From contig BAAIJX010000073.1 in NCBI GenBank assembly GCA_054600435.1, forward strand, positions 62,001-83,226: DNA of 21,226 nucleotides. The letters are read 5' to 3'. The stretch comes from Neophaeotheca triangularis (Eukaryota). The notes beneath the pieces are model-generated. The model ran no database searches and had not been told where the DNA came from. It saw nothing but the letters and a program-made list of their open reading frames with translations. Below, in pieces: positions 9,891 through 18,450 of this stretch (its first letter is position 1; each line of letters starts with the position of its first letter). The translations under genes and the position numbers were made by a program.

Positions 9891-9912
9891 GTAACCCAAC
9901 GTAACCCAACGT
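9891..9912. repeat. Short tandem repeat (GTAACCCAAC)x2.2
   Basis: gtaacccaac gtaacccaac gt, read directly. Confidence 0.8.
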
Positions 9913-10672
9913 CCCGACAGGCGTCAGGCACAGGCAGGTCACGAGGCACATGGCCGATTCCTAGCGTGCGTCGGCAGCTTCTTCCCTACCGCCAGGCCTT
10001 TCGCCGTAGGCAATTGCCTACTATGGCAGCAACTGGCAGCGACGGACAGCGACGGGCAGCAATTGGCGACCTGAACCCTTCCGTCCATGCCACGAACCCC
10101 TGGGTATCGCGCAACTAGGTCCATCTCCTCATCGCTGGAACTGTAACGGCGGCAGCAAGCTTCCTCCCCCTCTCATTCAAGCGCGGCCGTCTCGATGAAG
10201 CCCGTGTCGAGTGTTCCACATGCAACGGAGGCGCATGAGCAGTGGTCAATGACTCTGGTAGGTGTACGTTCGGCACGCATACCGCCTTCCAAGACGAGCA
10301 TTCCGATTACTAGCAGGATGGTTCCACGGAGTCCACACAGGCTGCTGACCACTTGGTTGGCCATACCACAAGCCCACGCGGGCGCTAGCAAGACGGCCTT
10401 TGCAAAGTACGAAGCATGAGATGCTGCTGTTACATTGAGCATTCGGCGCCGGAAGCCCCGTGGAGACGCCAGCACTGAGCAGAGCATGGAGCTGCGCAAC
10501 GACGGTCAGTCCGGGAGGACTGGGGACAGAAGTTGACACTCACATGGACGTGGCAGAGTCTACAAAAGAGCACTGTCCGCTCACCTTTGCCATCGACACT
10601 TCCACTTCCTCCTTGTACAGCACAAGCTCCTCTCAGTTCTTATCTCTTCAGCCTTCTATCCCTCGATCCAAG

Positions 10673-11415
10673 ATGGGCAGCATTATCAACGCCATCAGCG
10701 TGCTGGGGACTGCTATCTCCGCATACGGTTTCGTCTCAGACTTCATCCCGGAGAGGCGCACGCAAGGCGCGACGGTGGAAATCCGCACGAGTCAAGGCAC
10801 GAACACCGCGACCGGTGCTGGAAATGCCCAAGACACCGGGGGCAGGATCAAACGAGTGTGGTACGTGACGGCGACGCTTCTCTTTCAAACCAACATGGCT
10901 TCGTTACTACAGATTGTCTGATGCCATGGCAGGGGCTACGACGCGGGGAACGCCCTCTTGGGCTTCAGCGACGGCGGCAACATTGGAGCGGGGAACAAGC
11001 GCACGTTCCAGATCGACCAAGGCAACAACCAGCAGGCGCTGTACATCAACGTTGTCGCGGACAACGATGCCATCTGCATCCCCGTCATTGGCGTCACCCA
11101 GCCGGGAGACGGGTTGTCGTATGGATGGATCGGCGACGTTTTCCAAGGCTGCGGCTTACCCTCTTACTTTGGCAACGTTGACGTCGACGGCAACGGTTAC
11201 ATGCCCCGGTGCGGATGGGTTGGTACGTTGTTTTGCCACGTCTTGCTTTGCGGCGATTGGAGAAATGCACTCACTCACACGATTCGCGGGCAGACGCCAG
11301 CCACGACAAGACGGACGCTGGCTCGTTCAAGTAGTACCTCCCGGCGTTTAGCAAACGCGATGGGGAGAACTACAGCAGGGACCCGAACTTTTACTGCAAC
11401 CCTCGCCCGGTAAGT
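10673..11415 (+). pseudogene. Uncharacterised fungal Cys-containing protein gene with a premature stop and 3' truncation by the TE block
   Basis: Exons 10673-10860, 10933-11222, 11294-11409; introns GTACGT...CTGAT...CAG and GTACGT...CTCAC...CAG, then an orphan GTAAGT donor at 11410. Product MGSIINAISVLG...RVWGYDAGNALLG...DNDAICIPVIGVTQPGDGLSYGWIGDVFQGCG...PRCGWVDASHDKTDAGSFK*YLPAFSKRDGENYSRDPNFYCNPRP with TAG at 11332-11334. Confidence 0.78.
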
Positions 11416-11424
11416 TTGCACGCG

Positions 11425-12360
11425 TACACCCTACTACCCTGCTCGGTGGTAGAACTGACTTATACCGGCAAAAAACGGTCCGTTTTACTAGCAAATTTAA
11501 ATTAGTGTTTTAGTGGTAGAACCGGGAATTTCGATATTTTAAGGTAAGGAATCGATTCCTAAGGGCTTAAATACCCTAGAAAACATATTAAAACATTAGA
11601 TTTACTTAAGTCTCTTAATAGGGTAGGGTAAAGGCCCTAGACCTTAGGATATAACCCTAATTTCTAAAAAGGGTAATTTTGTAAAATCTAAAGTTATAAT
11701 CTTCTTCTTTAGGGTCTATATAGCTACTTTATAACTTAAAAGTATAGGAATACCTAGTATAGTAATTAAATAATAGGGCTTTTAGATTAGAGTTAGAGAT
11801 ATTAAGGAACTTAGGCCTTATAAAATATAGGAGGGGTTTATACTTAATAGGAACTTTACTCTAGCCTTTTTTAGGGTTTAGGAATTCCTATACTAAGCCT
11901 ATATAAGTATTAAAGGATGTACTAAGGTTATTAAAGAATTAAATCTAGTTTAAAGTAAAGAATCTTAGGGATAACTAAAGTATTATAGGATTAATGTCTA
12001 GTATATATATGTAATAGTATTCTTAGGGTTTATATAGATCTTTAGCGATTAATAGAGTATATTAAAAGTCTCTTTATAGTAGTAGAGGCCCTTAGTAGTA
12101 CTAGTAAGACTAAATTAGAATAAGGTCTCTCTTACTAGTAAAGTACTTTAGGGACTATCTCTAGACTAGCGCTATTATATTAGACTACTACTACATTATA
12201 ATAGTATTTAAAAGGTCTTTAGGCTCCTAAGTAACTTAGCTTAAAGCTCTAGTAGTTTATTATAAGTTAAAGGGAAGTTAAGATATATAATAAATAAGGT
12301 AAAGTAGAAATAATAGGGAGTAATATATTATTATAAAGCAAATAAGATTAGGATATATAT
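11425..12360. mobile_element. Old AT-rich RIP-degraded TE relic, family unidentified
   Basis: Strong TpA excess, nearly no CpA/TpG/CpG in the core, no ORFs; begins ~15 nt into the third intron of the adjacent gene. Confidence 0.7.
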
Positions 12361-12660
12361 TGTCGAGCGGCGAGAGCACTCGAGAAGCCAGGAGACCAGT
12401 TTTACTTAGGGAGGTATTATTCATAATAGTTATAAACAATGTAGTAGGATTAGGAATCGGGTATAGTCGAGAATTAGGGATTATTCGTAATAGTTACGAA
12501 CAATGCGTTAGGGGTTAGAGATCAGTTAGGTTAGTCATAGTATATAGAGGCTAATTTAAGTAGTCGCAATTCATTCTATATATGTCTATCTAGGTAGGTG
12601 TCTAAGATGTAAGTACTAGTGTAGAGGGGAGGTATAGGTATATAAAGGGGGTAATAATAA
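12361..12660 (+). mobile_element. LTR-like fragment with an internal imperfect direct repeat
   Basis: Sharp compositional edge starting TGTCGAGC; direct repeat attattcataatagttataaacaatg (~12416) / attattcgtaatagttacgaacaatg (~12480); TATA-like TATATAGAG at 12541. Right boundary not determined. Confidence 0.4.
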
Positions 12661-12682
12661 AGCAAAAATACCGTAAAACCAG

Positions 12683-12927
12683 TATGCCCATAAATGTAGT
12701 ATAGGAGTCACTATAATATCCCTCTCTAGCTAGAAAGTCTCGTCACTCTATAGTAGCTATGCTACCCTCAAACTACTATCGAGTTCTCCTTAACCTACAT
12801 TTCCTCTATAAGCTCCTCCTATCCTACTAGTACTACTCCCCTCTTTCCTTTATCCTATAGTAGTAGAGTAGAACTAGAACTTTCCGAATAGTGTCGTGGT
12901 AACTCCTATACTACATTTATAGGCGTA
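12683..12927. repeat. 37-bp inverted repeat pair enclosing ~245 bp (MITE-like)
   Basis: 12683-12719 vs reverse complement of 12891-12927: 29/37 identical with a 19-nt exact core ATAAATGTAGTATAGGAGT; all 8 mismatches are transitions. Confidence 0.75.
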
Positions 12928-13043
12928 TATTACGATCCTATAAGGTAGTCTTATAGGTAGAGCTTATAGCGGAAGAGGAGAGATGTCGAAGAAGGCTGGT
13001 AAGGGTGTTTCCTTTATCGTAAGGATTTTAAAGATATGTGAAG

Positions 13044-13384
13044 TGTCGCTATAGACCTTTTAGTAAGATTATAACATGAGTTGAACACAAATCTCTACCT
13101 AGGAAATATCACTAGCTAAATACAAAAGAGATTCGTGTTAATCATCCTAATTAGTAGTGCTTAGTCCTATTGAGTGTCGCTAAGCAAGGAGCTACTTAGT
13201 ACTCGAGACTAATTAGTAGTGATCAGTTCAACTAAGCATTACTAAGCAAGAGGCTACTTAGTTCTTAGCATGCTTAGTTCTTAGCAAGCTCTATATACTT
13301 AGTCTCGGAGTCCTACTGTTAGCGCTTTTAGTCTTTATCTAATGATCTCTTCCTTCATGTCCTAGTTATGTGTTGTCTATAACA
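13044..13384 (-). repeat. 3' LTR of the minus-strand chromovirus
   Basis: Begins TGTTATAGAC right after the PPT, contains TATATAGAG (~13297) and short CTTAGTTCTTAGCA repeats; candidate end ...TATAGCGACA at 13044. No second LTR in the window to confirm its length. Confidence 0.6.
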
Positions 13385-13485
13385 CTATCCCTCTTCCAGC
13401 TTAGCGTCGTCTCGATGCTAATGTTATAAGTCTCGTAGCTCGCCCTACTTCTTCCTCCTTAGTTAAATCATGGTTTCCTCTTAGC

Positions 13486-14100
13486 ATGCCTAATAACTAG
13501 CCTGGCCATAGTACTATCCATCGTTGTGAATTAGCAACTTTTGTCGAAACTCATGGAAAGGATATAGTAAAGCTATATAGAACATGCTCTAAGCATAAAC
13601 ATATGTGTTAGGTCTATATTTAGTCAGGAAAGTGTAGCGAATGTCTTCGTTAGGGTTAGAGGTATAACCTCTAGGTTTCGTCATCAGAATAGGATAGGTT
13701 AAAGTAGGAGCAGACGAAACTCTAGTCATCTATTAAGGAAGCGTTCGAGGCATAACTCTCTACTCGCGTAGTAGAAGAAGAGGCTCGACGGGCTAAAAAC
13801 GCTACCTACGAGGCTTTATCTTCTACCTTTACTAAGGAATAGCGCTTACGTCGGCAACTCGATCTTCTAGAGAAACGAGAAGCAGAAGTAATAGCTATAG
13901 AGGAGGCTAGTATTAAGGCGGAAGAAGAGAAGGAGAAGGAGGGTAAGAACGCAATACTCCCTCTCGAGGATTTAGATCCTAGTCTGGGGATTATTCTTTC
14001 TCCTTCTATATAGAATGCGTTAGACAGCGGTTTTGATCTCTCGGCTAACTTCTAGAATTTTAGTACTAGCGATATTATTATAGGGCCTTCTAGTAGTTAA
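13486..14100 (+). pseudogene. Antisense extra ORF of the chromovirus: RIP-mutated Zn(II)2Cys6-like cluster, coiled coil and acidic tail (~204 codons)
   Basis: One frame from ATG 13486 to TAA 14100 with no frameshift, interrupted only by TAG/TAA. Codons at 13576 (TAT), 13585 (TGC), 13606 (TGT), 13633 (TGT), 13642 (TGT), 13663 (TAT) give C-x2-C-x6-C-x8-C-x2-C-x6-C if the two TAT were TGT. Followed by KE*RLRRQLDLLEKREAEVIAIEEASIKAEEEKEKE. Confidence 0.75.
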
Positions 14101-16984
14101 GTAGGTTGTCCTTAGGTTCCTAAGTGTTCTCGCTTATAGGATACCCTTTCCATTTTACGAGGTAGTTCTAACTATCTTTGTCTGAATCTTTTCAACCTCG
14201 TACTCGGTTTCTTCTTCTAGTAGATCATAGTAGAAGGTGTCTTAGATTAGTGTTTCGGTATCTACTAGTTCTAATAAGGATACATAGAATACTAGATAGA
14301 CTTTAGCGTCTCTTGGGAGTTAGAGGAGGTAGTTGACTTTTCCTCTTTATTCTTTAACTAGAAACGGTCTAACCTTGACATAGTCTAGTTTTCGTGTTCG
14401 TCTCCTTATCTTTAGGTTTTTCGTAAGTAAATACACCTTATCCCCCTTCTTAAGTTAAGGTGCCATTTTGGAGTCTTTATGTCTTTACGATTCGAGTCGC
14501 TACTATGACTATGTGATCTTGTCTTTCATCTGTTTATATACTTCCTATAGCTACGAAGACGTTTATAGGGCTCTTTCTACGAGCGGTCCTAGTTTTAGCT
14601 CTATAAAGGTATTCGGATCTTTTCTAAAGTTCGTGTAGAACGGAGTTATACCTGTCGTTTCTAAGGCATTGTTATTGAGTACGAGCTATACTATAGGTAA
14701 GAGTGCTACCTAATTATCCTGAGCATAATTGACGTAATGTTATAAGTACGTTTCGAGGGATTAGTTCGAGCGTTCTGTTTGTCTGTCGGTTTCTAGGTGA
14801 AATGCCATTAATAGCTTATATTTCACTCCGATTGCTAAAATTAAGGTCTTCTAGTAGTTAGATGTGAAGAGCTTATCTCTATCTATAATTAGAACTGTTA
14901 GAATGCTGTGGTATCGTACTAGTCTATTAAGAACAAGGTATCCGAGCTCTTCTATAGTGATTATCTCATTATAGGGAACGAAATGCGAATACTTCGTGAG
15001 TCTATCGACCATAACTAGAATTGAATCGTAGTCCTTACTTATTAACGGGTCCTTAGATCTTAGTAACTTAATGATAAAATCTATTATAACCTCGTTCTAT
15101 AGTAGATCTAGTAGCTCCTAGAATTGTAGGTTTCTATATTTAGCATGTCTCGAAGCTTTGTTTTATTAGTAGTTCGTACATTTCTTGATGTACTCTAAGA
15201 CCTTCTATCTCATTCTAGGGAACACGAAGTTACGTCTAATGTGTTCCACTATTCTAGCGATTCCTAGATATCTATTAGTAGGTCTATTATAGTAGTCCTA
15301 GATATACTAGTATTCTTTTTCATTTAGAACCCTGAACTTCCTATATTCGACAGGGAATTCTTTGATGTCATCCCTAAGTACTCGTAGTACTAAGTTAAAT
15401 TCCTAAGGGTTAGCGCTTAGGCTTCTATCCTTATTAACTTTCAGTATATAGTGTTACTATAGAAGGTGTCCTTCTATGTAGTCGCTTCTTCTACTTAGCG
15501 TGTCAGTATGCCTATTGTCCTTCCTAGGAGTATAGACTATGTCGAACTTGTATTGTCCGAGTAGCTCTAACTATCTACATTGTCGGCATAACAGTTCCTT
15601 AGTAGTTGTGAAATATTGTAGGTTCTTATGATCCGAGTAAATAGTCAGTCTAGTTACTCCTTCACAGTACACTCTCTAGTATCGTAATGCTATAACGATT
15701 ATGAGTAGTTCTTTATCGTAGATCTCGTAGTTTTGTTCTACTAGTGACATCTTCCTTAAGAAGTAAGCGATAGGGTATCGTTTGCTTTTAACCTCTTATG
15801 TAAGGTAAGCTCCTATTACTCTATCGGATGTATCGGTTTCGATTTAGATAGGTCTCTTAGGGTTAAACATCCTTAGCGTAAGGGTAGTTGTACATGACTC
15901 CTTAAGCTTATCGAAGGATTATTGTTAAATCTTTCCCTATATGAATGGTGTGTCCTTCTTTATAAGGTTAGTTAGAGGCATAGCGAGCCTTAAGTAATCC
16001 TACATGAATTTCCGATTGTAGTTAGCTAATCCAAGGAATGCTTAGATGTCTTTAACTGACTTGGGTGTCGGCCATTCCTTAATCGATTAGGTTTTCTTCG
16101 GGTCTATTCGGATCCTAGTAGTGCTAATTATAAAGCCTAGAAAGTCGACTTCCTTCTTATAGAACTCGTATTTCTCTAGTACTGTTCTGAAGTCTACTTT
16201 ATCGAGTCGTTCGAATACTATGTGTACGTCCTTAGTATACTATTCTCGTGATCCTTTCGTGAAGACTAGTATATCGTCGATATAGGCGATAATAGTGATA
16301 TCAAGTAGGTCTCGTAGGATGTTATTAACGAGTTGTTAACAGGTTGCTAGGGCATTCGTAAGTCCTATAGGCATAACCTAGAATTCGTAAAGTCCGTAGC
16401 GTATTCGAAAAGCTGTTTTCTACTCTTCCCCCCTTACCATTCTAACTAAGTAGAATGCATCTCGAAGATCGATTTTGGTGAACTAGTATGAACTAGTGAG
16501 TCGATCTCTTATCTCGTCGATGTTAGGTAGTAGATAACGGTTTTTAGTGGTAATCGCATTAAGTCGTCTGAAATCAATAACCATTCGTAGTTTTCCTCCT
16601 TTCTTCGGAATGAAAAACGGTAGTGAAGCGGCTAATAAAGTGGAGGGTCGAATCTATCCCTTCTTCATTTTTTTATCTAGCTATCGTCGTTACTCTTCGA
16701 GCTCTTTTTCGGATAGCGCGTAAAGTGGCCCCTATAGTATCTTTATACCGGGCTAAATGTCGATTCGGTAGTCCTATAGTTAATGTCTAGGTAGAGTGGC
16801 TACTCCTTCCTCTTCCTAGAAAAGGCGCTTCTATTTCCTGAATTCTCTAGGGATATCTAAAGGTACGTGACTTCCTTCCTCAACTCTTACCTATTAGTCC
16901 GTTTAGGCTAGTTCAGTACCTATAGAGTCCGATCTAATTCGTATTAGTATCATAGTCGATTGGCGATACGTTTTATTGATCTAC
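14045..16984 (-). pseudogene. pol: pol remnant (RT, RNase H, integrase, chromodomain) of the chromovirus
   Basis: RT IIAYIDDILVF (YIDD 16284-16273); RNase H ETDTSD (~15840); integrase ETDRQTER (~14790); chromodomain EYEVEKI / YLVKWKGYPISENT*EPKDNL (~14205-14100). Many TAG/TAA stops. Confidence 0.92.
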
Positions 16985-17207
16985 TATCACGACCGCGGCG
17001 CTAGCAGGACATCGGCGGCCTAAGCTACGGAGCAGCTCGGGAGTGCCAAGCGCACACACTACGAGAGTATATGAGATGGCTAACAGTGAAGTCTCCTGTC
17101 TGCCATCGAATAGTTTCTATATCAAAGGACTGTTACCGTTATTACCATTATTACGTTCCGCCCTCGCTATACCGTGATCCCGACCGAGTTATAGTCTCGG
17201 TCTTACA
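16985..17207 (+). repeat. 5' LTR (223 bp)
   Basis: Starts TATCACG (TG in the homologous copy at 5446, so probably TGTCACG originally) and ends GGTCTTACA; left boundary fixed by alignment to the 5446 copy; TATA-like TATATGAG at 17068. Confidence 0.82.
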
Positions 17208-17210
17208 ATT

Positions 17211-17219
17211 CTATTCGAT
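17211..17219 (+). promoter_or_regulatory. Self-priming-type primer binding site
   Basis: CTATTCGAT, 3 nt after the LTR end, is the exact reverse complement of ATCGAATAG at 17105-17113 inside the LTR; there is no TGG-type tRNA PBS. Confidence 0.65.
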
Positions 17220-17256
17220 CACAGAACCTTTTCAGGTTAAGATTCGCTTAGACATC

Positions 17257-18411
17257 ATGGTACTATCGCGCTCGCTACGCCCTCGGGTTGACGACGCTGA
17301 CCTAGCGGACTCCCCTAACACTATGACCGGAGTCAACACCCCGTAAGAACAAGAAGAGGCAGCGACGGACCAATACACGGTCCTTACTGCCGCTATCGCG
17401 GAACTCCGACAACAATTGGCAGAGCGTATAGCGCCTGTTCAGCGAGCCACTAATGGAGCGACGGTCCCCCGCGACGAGTCCGAAAGAGGACATATCGAAC
17501 CGGAGGACCCGGCAGACATTGCCCCTGCCCTAGTAGTACGCAAGTGGACGGTAGACGAAGATCTACCCGCCGGCATAATAATGAAGGAGCGAAAGTCTCA
17601 CATCGATATCGAGAAAGCTTTTCGCTCGGCCGAACCAGCGGTTTATAGGAGTCACCCTAACCTCCTAAAAGCATAGACGTTCATCTAGCAATGTGAGCGT
17701 GTGTTTAAGACGTACCCTTATGTTTACTTTTATTAGTACGAGCGTGTCTAGTACGCCGCGGGCCGCCTATGCGGCCGCGTCGGCTAGAACTAGGAGAGCA
17801 AAGAATCACGACTCGAACGCGAAGAGATGAAATGGCCTATGTTTAAAGAATGGCTACTAGATCAGATCCTCGACCCCGAAAACCGCGCCATGAACATGGC
17901 GTTTCGAGGCTTCCGACACGTGTAGGGACCGACCTAATCTATTCACGACTACCTCTCGCACGTTGAAGACTCTCTCCGCGAGGCCGACGTCGCCCCGCTG
18001 CCGGAGTATACGCTCCTAACCCTTATCAAGACAGGTTTGCGGGAGAATCTCAAGGCTAAGCTGAATGCCTAGCTGACAGTGCCGGATAACCGCCACGACC
18101 TCGTCGCGCTTTGTACGCGCCTCGACGATGCGAGCCGTAGCGGCCGGGACACTAGAGGCGAGACAGCGGACAAGCCACGCAAGACCGACTTAAGAGGTTC
18201 CGGCTATAGGAAAAGAGAACAAAACCAGAGTATAAGCGATAACAACTCCAAACTGCGCCGCTAGCGTACCGATAGAACACTAGCGACTAGTGTGAACCGC
18301 ATAGGTACGATTAACGGTGGCGAACGAAACAAAGCCCTCGAAGAAAACCTCTGTTTCAAGTGCGGCAGTAAAGGCCACTGGCAAGAAAATTGCTGAAAGG
18401 GAAAAGCTTAG
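17257..18411 (+). pseudogene. gag: gag remnant
   Basis: One frame from ATG 17257 with several TAA/TAG/TGA stops; WPMFKEWLLDQILDPENR capsid-like segment; zinc knuckle CFKCGSKGHWQENC (~18352-18393). Confidence 0.9.
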
Positions 18412-18450
18412 CCCTAGGTCATTCAATTGTTAGCCTTAAAGGCTTAGGGC
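18399..18450 (+). promoter_or_regulatory. Putative -1 programmed ribosomal frameshift signal
   Basis: G GGA AAA (18399-18405) in X XXY YYZ phase of gag; 5-nt spacer; stem GCCCTAGG (18411-18418) pairing with CTTAGGGC (18443-18450); pol is in the -1 frame. Confidence 0.75.

Larger units (their letters stand above)
13044..16984 (-). mobile_element. Ty3/Gypsy LTR retrotransposon (chromovirus), RIP-inactivated, 5' part (5' LTR, gag, protease) missing
   Basis: Minus strand shows RT, RNase H, integrase and chromodomain in Gypsy order, then PPT GGAAGAGGGATAG (13397-13385) abutting TGTT (3' LTR start at 13384). Distal LTR end near 13044 is approximate. Confidence 0.93.

Noticed and set aside
9250..10670. 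Several 60-180-aa ORFs between the divergent genes
   Set aside because: Overlapping, no motifs or consistent splice structure; treated as intergenic.
11560..13660. Scattered TTAGGG/CCCTAA hexamers as interstitial telomere relics
   Set aside because: Isolated single units, expected in RIP-mutated sequence rich in TAG/CTA; no tandem arrays.
17090..17115. Minus-strand WQTGDFT read as the end of the chromovirus protease, implying the plus element starts at its transcript 5' end (cDNA capture)
   Set aside because: Alignment to the 5446 copy shows the plus-strand LTR extends left to 16985, so this is LTR sequence and the insertion is an ordinary nested one.
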